From contig NC_045138.2 in the NCBI RefSeq assembly GCF_008831285.2, positions 5,456,001-5,520,000 of the forward strand: a DNA stretch of 64,000 nucleotides. Reading direction: 5' to 3'. The DNA comes from Nymphaea colorata. Its lineage: Eukaryota. The notes under the pieces were generated by a model, which worked only from the letters and a program-made list of their open reading frames with translations, was not told the origin of the DNA and did not search any database. Positions 12,329 through 27,200 of the stretch are shown here, piece by piece; the stretch's first letter is position 1, and the number at the start of each line of letters is the position of its first letter. The position numbers were made by a program, and so were the translations under genes.

Positions 12329-14056
12329 ATTTGGTATATTTCCTCAAACTATAAAACACCATGCACTACGGAATAAAAAATATTAAAATTTTAAAATATG
12401 TACAGAAGAGTGGGGATTAATCGTGTGATAATATGGAAAATAGGTAAATTGACCATAATTACCAACAAACGGAACGGATATGGGGAAGCCGTTTGTGAAG
12501 TGAAACCAAATAAGAGCACAGTTTGAACGTGTTAAATATATTAGGAACGGCCGATTGGGACTTCAACTCAGTACAATTTCCAATTCAACTGTGACACATG
12601 CCATACTTTTTTAATTTTTATTTGTTTTTATTTTGTATTTACTTTTTTGGATACTTTAAATGAAAAGAATAGATTTTAGTTTGATCTCATCCATAAATTT
12701 ATTGGGTTTCAAAGCGATCAATTTGGTCCATCAATTTGAGCAATTTTCTCTGAGGCTGTGCTTTAATTTCTTTTTGTGCACATCAAGCCCTGCCCGCAGG
12801 ATGCATATATAATTTATCACTGACTTAAAAAATTGAGCTTGGTAGTTACGCTAAGTTGTGTGCATATATATTTAAGGCTTATAAATGACAAGCCTTTGTA
12901 TAATAAAACTTAGGTACTGGAAGAACTCATTTTTGATCGTATATTCCGGTGAGAAAAATTGAGAAAGCGTTTGGATGACAACCTAAAACCAGGTGTGATT
13001 TCTTCAGTAATCTCTTAATGTTATATGCTTGGTTCAAATGATTGTGATTGCCACAAGAGCCCCAAGTGGGTTTATGGTGAGTCGGCCGGGCATGATGGTT
13101 AGGCTTTAGAAAATATTAGGTATTAATATTATATATGGGAGATAGGATGAGGCATCCTCTTTTGGCCCAAGGTTTAGAGCTACTTTAGGACATGAGTGAA
13201 AAATGGGACGCTTATGAATTATAATGCATTCCATCAACTGTTTGCAGTATAGATTAGTAACTACAAGAATTGAACTAAGGGCCGGACTTTCACGACTCAC
13301 CAACTTACCAGATATTCTATGCTCATTGGGAAAATTGGTAGCTTGTGATGATTGGTAGCTTGTGATGATCTTGTTGTGTTTATGTTTCTAGAGAATAGTT
13401 TCACGTAACTGTTGCTCATTCTTTTTCTTTTCTTATGTGGTTTAGTTGCCTAAACTTGTTCAGTTACAAACTTAAAGAATGTACGAAATTTATGACATTT
13501 TTTAAATCTATGAAACACGTAAATTGATGGAATGTGTGTTTTAACATATTGTACTAAGAAAGAAAATTTTGATGGAAAACGTATAAACGAATAACTTTCT
13601 TTATTAAATTGTGGAATCGAGCTTGTATAATAAAAAGGTTTAAAATTAAACAAAAAACATAGAAAACGAGCAAATTCATGCAGCCGTTATCTTTCTTCCT
13701 CCTACTCATCCAGGTGAGATTTAATCGGAATGATGCAGAAACGAGCAAATTCATGCGTGTGTGATTAACAAATTTGGCTAATCAATCATCAAGATGATAA
13801 AGAGCCAGGCCTTAAAAGCATTTCAAGAAAGTTATGAATTGTAGGTGCTCTTCTGAAACCCAAGACGGGCCAAATTGCTTTTTGCTAGCGTCGTCCAATG
13901 CCCATTGCGTTCCAACTAACTACTCCCAAGAGCATTTATCGTTTCATACATAGAATGGAATACTTAATTTTTGCTATTACATGCAATTATACTTAAGTTT
14001 TGTTATTACATGCAATTACATACATAATTCTAATGGCCATGATCCGCCCAGGCACT

Positions 14057-14588
14057 TCACAGCTTTGGCTTCAGATATTCCTTTCTTTTGGACTCTAGTC
14101 CATGTAGCGGCTCGACTGCCTCCTTCCCCTGGAACTTTTCTGCAGCTCTGTACAGTAAAGCATGGACCTCTTCAAAATGAGGGTAAGTCGAATGCTTTAC
14201 ATTCTCTATCCATTTCTGCACTTTGGTGAAAGAGCCCAGAATCCGGTCTCGTTCACTCAATCCCAAAACCTATAGACAATGGATTGTAGAAGGCATTCGT
14301 CACTGTATTACTACCAGAAAGAGCCATAGTTATGTACTTGAAAAGCACAATGCTCAGAAAAGGAAAAAGAAAAGTAAAGACATATTGCACCTTATGGGCA
14401 TGAAAAATGTGAAGTTTCTAACATGAGCTAAATTGTCAAAATAAAGAAGTTGGACAGAAGCCCTCAAAACTAGCCTGAGCTTGTCAATCAACTAAATCAA
14501 CACATATAGATGAGCACAGACGCACATGCCCATGCATCAGCCTTTCATAAAGGAACATACACATAAAAACACATGCATATATAGATGA

Positions 14589-14619
<31 letters not shown>

Positions 14620-17600
14620 AAGAGAGAGAGAGAATAAAAAAAAATTGAGAGGGAGCAATGTTTAAACCTTATTACGGAAACCAAACTTCCTCACCTTAAC
14701 CTTGAAAGAGGCCAAAGAGAGACTGACCAAAATTTAGCTTATGTTGAATCGATTAGTCAGCAACCGGACTCATCGGGCATTACTGATTTTAAGAACATGA
14801 CTAGCTGGTTGATTGTCGACACCAACTAGTCAAAGATTTGACAAGACAGCTGAAACATAGTTAACCATATGGAAAGCCACTCACAAAATGAAGAGACAGT
14901 TCTGAAGGATTTTGTCAAAGTCACGAGATTTTGAACACAACTTATTGCCTTTAGGACGTATCAGATGGGCATCATGGGACTGGTGAGAACAAAACTAGTC
15001 AATGTTACAGGGTAGCAGAAATAGGTAAGCAAATAAAGCAGCCAACCGATCAGCATCAAATGTAAAACATAATGGTCATCTTATCGTTTTATCTCATCTA
15101 AAAGCATGGTGCATCACAAAACAAAAAGATTACCTTAAGGCTAAAGGTACTCTCACTTGTACCTAGCAGCATAAAGATTTTCCAGTGGAGAACAGAGTGA
15201 GAAATCATGTAAGTGGCATGGTAAAGAAAGCTCAGACTCTAATTTTATAAAAGAAGTCACAGGAAAGTATCTAAAGGAGAGAAATAAGAGGATTAACCAC
15301 CATAAACCTGTTTAATCTGTTTGATAGCTGCCATGTTTTCTTTAGTAGGCAATCCATGAGACTGGAATTTTACCAATCCCTTTTGTATTTTTTTCAGTAT
15401 AAACTTTAATATCTACTTTCATAAAGTTGTTCTTCAACAAAAATCAGCTAACAAGTTGAAAGAAAAAAATAATAATTTGATGTCAGAGAAGCGTTAAATT
15501 AAACAAAAGACAGCTTCAGATTTCCAAGAACAACAATATCCATCACACAAGTTGACATAATCTGAAGGACCTTATGAGAAAGTAAAAGAGGAAAGCGCAG
15601 AAGAGAGAACATACTTCCAATTGCATAATTTCACAAACAAGACTAAGATCTGCAATTGAAGGTTGAAGACCATCTACCAAGAACTTTTCATTTCCATGAA
15701 GCCAAACAGATTCAATCTTTGAAAGTGAATATATCAAAATCTTCTCAGCATCTGCTGCTGCTTCCAGATTCAAGGGATAGCCCAGTGCAGGCGCTAACAC
15801 ACTATTAAAAACAAGCCCAGCTGCAAACAATGGCCAATATGAGATATTATAAATTCTGAACTCCAAAAGAAATTTGCAACTGTTTATCCTAGTTGAAGCA
15901 TATTTAAGGGGCAACATTAGCTCGAAATTACAAGAAGTGCCTATGAGTTCTTGCAAATGCACTTGAAAATATTTCAAACCAATAAGAGATAGTTGCCCAA
16001 CTTCATGAGGAACCGGTGCAGATATTATCAGTAGCATAGCCACAGACTGTCTTTCTCTACCAATAGCTATGACATGAAACTTATTTGGGGAACATAATAA
16101 GTTTGTGTTGTTAAATGAACATTTGAGATGAAAAAGTTATGTTTCCAACGGAAGAATTATGTTGCAAAATTTTTAGTCCTTGCCTTAATTTCCAGCCTCA
16201 GAAAATCTCCATAAAGTAGAGAAATTTTTTGTTCAGCAAACAAGAGCAAGTTAGTGATGGAATGGTAGAAATACATAAGATCAAATTATGGAGGGCAAAT
16301 AGAAGATTCACTGTATGAGAATAAGTACCTGCACCACGACGCAGATTGGAGTGATGCCAATCCAAGACAGAATCAATTTTTGCCCTCTTGGAGAGATCAG
16401 CTGGGTACCTTACAATTTACAAAATGATTCAGAAGTCTCAAGAAGCACAGGAAGCATTGAGTGCAGTAAGCATATGAAAGCAATCTTTGTACTAGGTTTA
16501 AATTACAAAAGATGCAGCACCAAGAAGACAGAGAAACAGGGAACTAGAGGTAAGAATTAAAAAAAAAAAAAGCACACTGAAACATCTTTACAAGAATAAT
16601 GTTTAATTTTATACGAAGAAAGTTCCGAACCATGAATCCTATATCCACATTCAACTTACCAGTGATCTGGAATTCCAGGATATGCACAAGAAAGATACCG
16701 TAAGATTGCATGGCTGAAAGAAAAGAAGAAGATAAGTTAGTAAAAACATTTTAAAAATTCTGTACCCGCTAGCTTTTATGCTGGCATATAATGAGTTCAA
16801 CCATTGTCTAAATAGGCTTTGACTCTCGAGCCCCATGGATCCATGTCTAGCTCCAACCAATATCTACATTAGGCTTTGGTTTGGGCCTGATAACAGATGG
16901 ACTCACTCATGGCCTTAACTGAGAATTGTCCAATTCTACAAGTCAACTGAAACAACATTCATGCATATCCCAGTAGTTTCAGCATTTTTTCACACCATGG
17001 GCACTCATGTTGGGTTGAGGACATGAACACAAGGATGACACCATGTGTAGAGTTACTTTCCTGAACTCAGTTTCTTTGGATGCATTTGTTTTAGCAATCA
17101 AGGGGTCAAACCTTGGCTTTCCTAACAAGAAGCATCAGATTACAGTGGCTAACATTAGGCTGCAAAATCATTAGATGAAGGCCAAGGTTAATAACCCAAA
17201 AGGCCAACCAACATCTGGTGAATAATACCCCCTAAAATCATAATGGTCATTATCCCCTGCATGAGAATAACATGCATCTCACAAGAGCTCAAACGTACAA
17301 TAAGGAATCCAGTAACAACTTCTGCTAGTCTCCTTTTCACAAATTCCGCATGTTTCATTCCGGATGGCATTTCTGTGAACCAAAACTACCATGCAGGATA
17401 TGCATTATAAAGGCTGTTATATCAGTAGTTTCATAGAGGAAAAGGCCAATTGAAGACCAAAAGCTACCTTTCAAACAACTTGAGCTTCCCATCAACAACA
17501 GCAGGAACTTGTTTCATAGGGTTTATATCTGCATAAGTGCAATTCAAAACAACAGTAACATCATGAAATTTGAAATCCATATTGCACCACGTGATGCTGC

Positions 17601-19034
17601 CAAGCTTCTGAAGCAGAATTGTATAGCTTATCAAAAAGTTGGGTGTACAAATGCATGTCACACTCATGGAAACAAAATCAGGAAGCAGCAGTAATATGAA
17701 CATATAAGGCCAACCAAGATTGAAAATACCATTTCTCCAAATCAGGGAAATAGTTACAAATGAAGAAAACAGCGTGCATAGCACAGTGGCAGAAATAAGC
17801 TGGATACAGTCTTTGGTAGTTGCTAGTTAGACGCCCAATAATTTGCCAAATTCAAGTCAAAATGGCATGCCAAATCTGGATGTGCGGAATTTTACTGTAG
17901 CGTAGCTAAGAACCTCATTCTTTCTCTTTCTATAGCTACAGTTAGCATTTTTAAAATGGCCACAGATTACATACGTTAGCTCGATGACAGCTCAAACATA
18001 ACACCACAACTGAATACTGATATACCATTATTATTTCTTTTAGGTTTAAATTCCAAAGATAGCCCTGTGTTCTATTGAGGATAAATGGTCCATTTGCTAG
18101 CTTTTCATAGTGATTTTTTGATCGAAATTGATTTTTCCAGGTTGAGGCCAAATTATTGTCAAAATTCGGGCCGTTAATTTGAGAAGCTTTACAGAAAGCC
18201 ATTTAAGTGTCGTATTTGAACAATCTATGGTCTGTCTCTTCACAAAATCAGTCATGATCAGTTTCATAATAAAATCGCTAGAGATACCATAAATTTACAT
18301 GTCAGATTTGGTCTTCATATTCAGTTGTGACAACTGACCATTCGTTCCGTTCATGATAGGAAGCTTCATTAAACAGGCCATGCTCCTAAAGATGTGCATC
18401 CAAACATGTATCAATCGATATGAGGATGACCATGTTCTAAAGCAGAATCACCTTTAAATTCAGGTCGCCTGTGTTCACCCTTTGCAAGGTTCACTTTAAC
18501 CTCTTCAAAGTCAATCCCATTTATCCTACACAGTCCCACATACACAGGTGTTAGCTGCTTTTCTCATGAAACCAGCTAGAGAAGCAAATTTTAACAACCC
18601 CATTCACAGGCACAACGACCAGAGGAGCCAATATGGCCGAGAGACTGAAAGTCAAAAGCATTAGACGGTCGACATAACTCGAATTTGAAGCAAAAAAAAA
18701 AAAAGCTCCTGAACATCAAAACACATATACGGGAATTCCCAAAGAACGCACAAAGCTGAAAAGTTTATCGCCTAATAGTAAAATGACATCAGATCGACGC
18801 TGCGCTCAAGAAAGGAAAAAAGTGAAATGAAAGGAATATCAGACGCAGAGGTGAAGAAAAGGATACCAACTGATTATTGCATAAAGAAAACAAAAGCATC
18901 TCAGTTGAAAGGTAGAACTTCAGACCGATGGATTAATACGTGAAAGAAAGAGAGAGAAAAAGAACCAACTTGCAAAAGATGAGGATAGCGCGAGATGGCT
19001 GGGAGATTCGATCGACATACACTCGGAGCTTCAT
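14057..19034 (-). CDS. GSTT1: Theta-class glutathione S-transferase, 7 exons, 250 aa
   Basis: Exons are 19034-18970, 18525-18452, 17528-17468, 16713-16660, 16408-16329, 15820-15615 and 14269-14057. All introns are GT-AG and phase-consistent, totalling 753 nt. The protein reads MKLRVYVDRISQPSRAILIFCK-INGIDFEE...INPMKQVPAVVDG...ESHAILRYL...LDWHHSNLRRGA...PSIADLSLVCEIMQLE...KPKL*. It has the theta catalytic SQPS motif and a C-terminal PKL (PTS1-like). Confidence 0.93.
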
Positions 19035-20168
19035 TATCTCTCTGTCCTTATGCTCGCTCTCTCTTTCTGAGCAGCCAAAATTCCTGCGCATGTGGAGGTG
19101 GACTGATCCGACTACTATTTCTTCGAGATTTAATTCGATGGTCTCTCGGATTTAATTCGATCCGGCTGCCACTAATGGGCAATACGTTTGGCATTTTAGG
19201 GGCGTCTGAATGGGCGGAATTTTATGTAGCAGTAAAACTTTATACTAAAAACCAGAGGTCCCGTCAAACGTGGAATAAAACTCCGGTAATTTTGGATGAA
19301 TCTGTTCTTTAATATCACTAATAAGGTGACGTTTGACCTTTTAGAAATGAAAATATGAAATGATAATTCCAAACATTTTATGTCCCCATTTCCAAATTTC
19401 CTTTGTGTTTGCACTTTAGAAATGGGTTTCCCTTGAAACCAATTTTCAAGTTTGATGAGCATGAAAGAGGAAAGGTTGAACCGTTGAAAATATTGATGTG
19501 TTTTGGAAGTTTTATGGTCATTGAAGTAATATTCAATGAGCCACTTTGAAAATATATGAAACCAAGTAAAGCTGTTATGAAATTGTTGAAGTGAAGCTGT
19601 TATGAAATTGTTAAAAATTCAGGTTCTTGGCGTTTCTTTTCTCATTTTCGACTAAGCTTGGGCACAAGGTGGGCCCGACCCGACACCGGAAACACGAGCC
19701 TCAATTCGACCGACACTTAAGACTTGAACTCAGGCCCAGCCTAATTAAAATTAAAAAGTATATATTTTAATATAAAATAATATATAAAGATAATTAATTG
19801 TAATAAAATATTATAATTATATATATATAAATCAATAAAATTAATATTGAAAAAATCTATATGTGATGGGCAAACTGCTAACACCGCCATCCTCCAATTA
19901 TGTACAATAAACAAATGCCGTTGGAAGTTAGGAGTCCATGACAGCTTGGTGAGGTTACAATGATTATACAAATTCAAAGTGACTGATTTTGAATCTTTAG
20001 AAAAACTGTCATATGCTTATTAATTATGCAACTTAGTAATTGATTTTTCGATGGAGTTGAAATCGAAGCATGAAAATCTCTTATAATGTGGAATTAACTG
20101 GGGCGTGAAGTCAGCTGCAACTGAGGGAACGCCTAGAGGGTTGGCGTGGGTGCACCAGATGGAGTGGG

Positions 20169-20733
20169 CGGAGGCGGAGCCAAGGGGAGCTGCATGGGCC
20201 CTGGCCTCACCTCAATTTCACTTTAAAAAAAATTATATGTAAATTTTATAAAATTTTACTTATCCTATATAAAAATAAAAATTTTGAAAAATTATATTTT
20301 GGCTCCGATCAAAATTTAAAACATAATCACAAATAACATTTCAGAGTTTTAAACAGTAAGTATTCTCGGGATTAATATGGCGAGCTTGAAAAAAATGAAA
20401 AAAATACATTAAATTTTTAAAAATAAAAAAAAAACTAAAAATAAAGGAAAAATAAAATAAGTGAGAAACTAATAACACAAACATCAAAATATAAGTAGAT
20501 TTGCAACAAATAAAAGATATAAAATAAAAAAAAAAACTGTTTGGCATTGAAAAACTAAAAAAGGTGAAGAAACGCAAAAAAGGGCGTTTTTTTGTTTTAA
20601 ATGTTCTTTAAAAAAATGAGTTTTTTTTTTAAAAAGTTTTAAACAACCATCTAATTTATCGCGTGTGCTATGTGAATATGATTTAGAAATTTAATTTGAC
20701 TCCCCTCACAAAAAATTTATGGTTCTGCCCTTA
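20169..20733. mobile_element. hAT-type MITE with 8-bp TSD, carrying a nested AT-rich MITE (~20322-20672)
   Basis: The TSD GGAGTGGG occurs at 20161-20168 and 20734-20741. The imperfect TIRs are CGGAGGCGGAGCCA / TGGTTCTGCCCTTA. Confidence 0.75.
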
Positions 20734-23432
20734 GGAGTGGGGCCTTATAGGTAATCAGTCACCACACTGCAAAATGAGGGGCACTGACATATGCAAGTTG
20801 AAGCATAGTGGATGCAACACCCCCAAGTCACCAAAAGCAAAACCGACATTTTCATAAGGGGATAGGAAAAGGGTGGGAGTTAATTTTGATTAGAAAGATG
20901 AAATATTTCTCATGCTCACCTAACAACTACAACTAATGGAAAGAGAAAAACTTAAGAAAACGACAATTGAAAGTAAATATCAGAAAATAAAGTGGAAAAT
21001 AAAACAAGAAAATAAAGAAAAATATGTAGATAAATTTTTTTTATTCCAGATTCTAATACTCCTCACAAATGTGCCGTATGACATTTTAGATAGAGAAAAC
21101 GTGGGTTGAATTCAACCATATAGGTCTAGATCAACTGATCCAACCATATACATCCGGATCCTTACATTTTAAATAAGATCTGGGTTCCAAATTTAAACAT
21201 AAACAAGGGAGAAATTTCTAAACTCAAAATCTCCTATGCAGCCTGCTTTGACTTTGATATGAAATGCGCCTGGGTCAGATCTGCATCTGCACTGCAGCAA
21301 GCTCCCCTCGTCAAAGGGCAGGGCCTTGATGAACTACAATCAAACTGGATCACAATGCCTATGTTTGGAGAAAATTCACTCTTTCTATGGTGTTTGATAC
21401 CAACTTCTTAGTCCTATGTTGTTCTTTGATTCCTGAAACTATTGTGTGGTGTTTGGCAGCACCAAGATATCCCACAATTTGAATCCTGGAACCAGTAGAA
21501 TGGGAATTTGCATCCCCATTCTAAAAACGTAAGCGTGTTTTTGAACTTGAATTATAATCTACTCGATTACCATCCAGTGTTTGTGTTTGTTTGAAGTATG
21601 TAAAAAAAAAATTGGAAGATTGTTATGAGGCAAATCTTCTGTCTGCTTTGTAACAATGTACAACGACGTTGAGAAGTCGACAAACAATATCACAGAGCAC
21701 ACATTACAGAGAGATATTATTTCCCTTCCAAACAGTATAATACTGATTCAAATCTTAAAATTCAAGCAATTTGGTATTGCAGAAATATACAACAAGCACT
21801 GAGAATACTTCATGATATCTAATCACTCTGATAAGAGAATTAAAAACAGAGAAACATATAATGAACGATCTGCAATCAAAGATGCGTCTCCTTATGAGCT
21901 GAGCAACTCACTTAAAAGAAGAAATCTGCTTAACAGAGGCATAAAGCAAGGGACAAACAGAAAATCCATAACTTTGTCGAAATTTCTCAACGCTTTTTAC
22001 GCTCTCGTGATAATCAGTCTAAAGGCGTTATCTTCCTCGCCAAACCGGTGCCTTTCATGACCGACCTCCCAAATTTCAGACTTTGTTTGATTCTTTCGAC
22101 CCATTTCACTGAGGCAATAGAAACACTGAGAATTGTTATCCATGTTTGCTGTGTAGAGCCCCCGATCTCTAAAATTTATTAAGAGTGCATTTTTATAATT
22201 TATTATTTTAATATTTTATGAAGAACCAGTTGTTTGAAAGTGGGACGCAAAAGCTCAGGGCCTTTGTGATAAGTTTCAAAAGTTGGGCACCTATTGGACA
22301 TTGAACTGTTTGTTTGACGCCTATTTGCAATTTTTTTCATTCTTGGCTGATAAATCCGATCAAATTTCCAAGATATTTTATACTTATATTTTCAAATGTA
22401 TTTCAGTTTATATGGTTAAATTCATGAAGAACATCTTCATGGGACATATCTTTACAAGACATTAGGAGGCTTGGTTGAAACTTGAAAATACATGAACAAG
22501 AATTATTTGTTTAGAAAAAATAAATTGAGAAGACTATGCATTCATATATATGAGTTTCCTTAATAAAAGAAAACTCCAATTAATTACCGTTTAAAAAGTT
22601 TCTAAATCTTTTGTATGCGTTGAAAAATATGATTTCATATAGATCGATCGTATTTTTCAGATGCAGACATCACATGTATAGTTTAGTTTACTTTATGAAA
22701 TCGAGTTCCCGCTGATGGAATGGGGCAATGGGTAGCGTCGTTCCTTTCCTCTGAATCCGAAGCAAACGTCGGACACGGAATGGATAGAACTGATGGGATG
22801 CAGGGACAGCAGGTGTAAAAGGCGGGAGAGCATTCCTTCCTCCCCGTTCTGCGGTAAACCAGGAACAGCTCTTGGGTAGAGACACCTTTAAACATGGCTT
22901 CTCTCTTGCCCTCTTCCTCTGCTTGATCGTCGTCCCCTTCTGACCATCCTCGAAGGGTTGGCAGAAAGGCCGGAGCGAGGGCTGGTAGACTGTCAATTCT
23001 TGTTTCGAACTCTCAGTGTATCAATTCTTTACATGCAAGTTAAATCTCAAAAGCATCAGAGGCACCCGGGGCTTCGCTTCGGCCTTCACTCGGCAGTCAG
23101 TCGTTTGAAGCAAAACCAGGGTTCCAACGAGAACTTTGTGGCGACCGAAGCGTTTTGGATTTGAGGGGATTTCTTTACAGTGGATAGTGGACCTCTCCCT
23201 CTCCGGCGAATGAAATTTGGGCTTTCTGCACCTTCACCTGAAGCGTTTTAGACTTGGGGTTTTCAGTAAGAACAACCGATGGTTCGGCAACTGAACGACT
23301 GCTTTCTGATTGGGGTGCGATTAGGTTTCATTTGGGGCTTTTAGTGATTTCATTCTTTGCCACCAAAGACATTGTTTATCTGTTGTCTTCTGCGATTTGT
23401 AACATGCTTTTGTTGTCTTCACTATTTTACAG

Positions 23433-23531
23433 GAGCTACTTGGAATGTGCAATTCAGGATTTGGGGACTGCCTTATAAAACCGGAGCTCCTTCGATCAAT
23501 TCTTGACTGCGGGTTTGAGCATCCTTTGTAG
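23433..23531 (+). pseudogene. Isolated degenerate exon of a UAP56/RH15-type DEAD-box RNA helicase
   Basis: After the acceptor TTTTACAG it translates [29 protein letters not shown], matching the conserved UAP56 segment [30 protein letters not shown]. No other exons of the gene were recognised. Confidence 0.75.
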
Positions 23532-24261
23532 GAAGGTTTTACATTCGATCTCTTGATTTCTTGAAGCATTAAGAGGCTGCAATGCTTAGATTTTAGCTTC
23601 CCATAAGATGATGTACGATTATCCGTATTGCATTGGTTCTCTTTTGTAACGCTCGTTTGGGAATCGCACATTACATCCTTTCTTGGGTTTCAAAGAGCTA
23701 CAGGTGACTCTCTCTCTCTGTCTGGGTTTTGTCTTTATGTTTTTCTAGCTTTGGTTTTAGATAGTTAAATTCAATTGAACTACATAAAGTCAAGCTTGAG
23801 CCAAGCTCAAGCCATGTTGTAACTCTAGTTCAAACGTTAGTGCTCAAAACTCTCTCTTAACAAAATATGCTTTTGTCCTATCATTTGATTCTTGTGCTAT
23901 TCCTAAACTCGATTCTAAGTAGCATATGTACAAGGAACTAAGTTGTTATATATCATAGTTCATAGTCATATATTTTACTGACTTATGATAGGCTTTGCTT
24001 TTCTTTAAATGCACATTTCAGTTTGCTTATGCATTAGCAGTTTAAAATAGGTTTCTTATCTATTTTATTCAACAGTTTAAAATAGTGCACGAAATAATCA
24101 TATTCCATTTGTTTTTGTTAAAATTAAATATCTACCCAACATAACAAACTACAAACAATGGGATGACGACCAAGTCAAGTATTTTGTTTGATGTGATGTT
24201 AGAATAGGTCTGATTCCTTGGGATAAGGACAGGGTTAGGTTGAAAAACAAAACGACTATAA

Positions 24262-27200
24262 GGGCCCGTTTGATGGGCGGGTAAAAGTTGGTGGGGGTAA
24301 AAGTTGGTGGGGAAGGGAGAATTTGTACGGGCGGGTGAAATTTCACCCGCCCGATTAAAACCCATCAAACAGGGTGGAATTCCACCCGTTTAACCCAAAA
24401 GGGAGCAGGTGGAATTTCACCCGCTCGAAAGTCTGAGCTCGGAGCTCGGACTTTCGAGCGGGTGAAATTCCACCCTCTCGAAATAGTTGTTTCGGGTTAG
24501 GCACTCCGCTCAACCTCCCTCCGCAGCTCCTCTTCCCTCGTGCCTTCTCACGTCGCACCAGAGTATAACCAGGTCGCACTGTCGCCGCTGCGCCGTCGCG
24601 TCTCCGCTCCACCGCCGGTAGGCTTTTTTCCTTTCTCTCTTTGATTCCCTCCCTTTCTCTAATGCCCTAAGTTGTCGCTCCTTCCCCTCTACCACAGAGA
24701 CTGTCTGCCACAGTTGCCGTCGCCGCTGTACCGTCGCCTCTCCGCTCCACCGCCGATACGCTTTCTCCCTTTCTCTCTCTGATGCCTTCCCTTTCCCCCT
24801 TTCTCTGATGCCCTAAGTTGTCGCTCCTTCCCCTCTGCCACAGAGACCGTCTGCCACAGTTGCCTCTCTGCGCTGTCGCCTCTCTGCCACAGTTGCTGCT
24901 CCTTCCCTCTGTTACTGCCCGGTGAGTCTCTCTATCTCTCTCGCTTCTGCCACAGTCGAACGATTTGGGCGTATGACTTGCTGCCCTGTAGTTGAGGTGC
25001 ATAGGTGTCTGATTTGGGCGTTTGGGCTTGTAACCTTACATTGAAATTTCAAAGGGGATTTTGCCTTACATGTCATCCACATTCACCAAAACTGTTTGAT
25101 ATCTTGATTTTTCTTTTTGATATTGAAAGGAGAGTGACTTAACTGCTCCTTAGAATGTTGTTCTTCCAGTGCCACATGCCCTGGTATTTACACATAGGAG
25201 GTGTAAAACCCTTTTATCATTTTAAAAGTTGTCAAATAAATGATTTCTGTTTGTGGTATTATTATCTGTTCGAAGGACTCCAACCTTCATTGATGTTCAA
25301 ATTCAATCATGCTGTAAAAAATTTGAAAATGTTCAAGAACTTCATATCTTGATTTTATAAAGAAAATCTATGTGTTTTTCTGAAAATCATTGATAGAAGA
25401 AACAGAATATAAACTTGTAGCCACTGTATCATCTCAAAAACACAAAACTTTTAGAAGCTGGAAGACAGTAGCACTGAGTGTTTGTTGTTATCAGCATATG
25501 TGCCAGGTAAAGCAAAATTGGAAAAAAATTTCTCGTTTGACTTAATATGCAGACTGCTGATTTACTTCGTCTTCTTCACCAATCATCCTCTCTGCTGTCA
25601 CTCGAGCCTGAAACACTACTTTAAATTAAGGTGAAAATACAACATTACAGTTGTCCATGGGTTGTTGTTGCTTTTGATACTCATAGAAGGTTGTCATGAG
25701 TGCATGCATGTGAAGAACAATGTCATCAATTTTGTAGTTGAAGAAATTAGCAGCAGTTTCAAATTACCTTTCTCGGCTACCCATTTGCAGCAGAAATTGA
25801 TTTGACGACATTCTTTGTATTCAAGTTTTCAATATTTGTACTCATGTTTTTCACATATGCGTTGCATCAGGTTCAACAATTAATCCAGATTATCAGATGT
25901 GCATATATATTTAGAAGCAAAGGGAGAAGGAATGGTCTGCCGGAGCTTTTGGCATTATTAATCGGTCATGGTTCCCCGGTAGCAGTTTAACCTGTTCAGT
26001 TGGTGCTCCTATTTGCATCTAAGCAACTTCTTCCTTTGGTGGACAGAGGTTTAGCATGGAGAGATTAATCAGCATGATTCTCTTATATCTTGTTCTTAAC
26101 ATGATTCTCTTATATCATGTTCTTACATTTTTGACAATGGCTGCATTCAAATCATTCTTTATTGTTTTCAATCACAGTAGCAAATGCCAATTTCTTCAGT
26201 TCCTCCTCTTGTCTTTCTTCAATTCCTTCCTTTGGTGGATTTGTAATTCGTCTTCCTGCTTTCATTCTCACGATAATTAGGCAAATAAAACTAAGAGGAA
26301 CAGTTGATGTCATGAGGATTAATTGGCTCTGCATTATAGTCGGATCTAAACATAAAGAGAAGTTGAAAAGCTTTGTAATTTAGTGTGATCACCAGCAATC
26401 TTACAGCAATCTAATGCAGATCACCAGCAATCTTACAAATCTTCAGATCGATAATATTCCTACAAGTGGTTTGTAGATATGGAACAGTGTTGTAGTCAAT
26501 ATCGGAATCCTTCGCTTGCTGAAAGATCAAAAGATCAGGGCCAATGGGCCCCGATTTCCCATTTTTCTTAAAAAATAACTAAAGAAAGTTTAAGCTAATA
26601 AGGAAAACTAAAACATATCTTATGTTTTTGAAGAACACACATCGGCCCGTTTAGTCTTAGCAATGGTCTGATACGATGCGATGATAATGTACATGGCTAT
26701 TGAGTGTACATGCATCGAACATATCACTTTTGAGTAAGCAAGATGAGTATTTCATTCCATATAAATGAATGGTAAGGTTCGGTGTGGAACACACACCTCA
26801 ACATTTTGTTCTTATTTGTTTTTTGGATGTTAGGGACTACACCCTAAACATTTTATTGTTTTGGAAAATCATCTTCCAATTTTTTTCCAAATCAGATTTG
26901 GAGATTTGGAGAGGAGAAGACAAAAAAAACAACATTTACCACGTTAAATTCTTTTTATGCATCAAACAGGGTTAAATTTACCACGGTAAATTTCACCCGC
27001 CCATCAAACAGAGCCTCAGATTGGAAGAGGGAGAAATTTCATGCTATGAATTTTTCTGAAAAAATTTACCATTCATGTTCTTACATTTTTGACAATGGCT
27101 GCATTCAAATCATTCTTTATTGTTTTCAATCACAGTAGCAAATGCCAATTTCTTCAGTTCCTCCTCTTGTCTTTCTTCAATTCCTTCCTTTGGTGGATTT

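Noticed and set aside
15543..16043. 166-aa ORF as a stand-alone gene
   Set aside because: Only 15820-15615 is GST exon 6; the rest is intron read-through.
24355..25002. Arg/Gly-rich minus-strand ORFs
   Set aside because: They arise from low-complexity CT/GC-rich repeats inside the Harbinger element.
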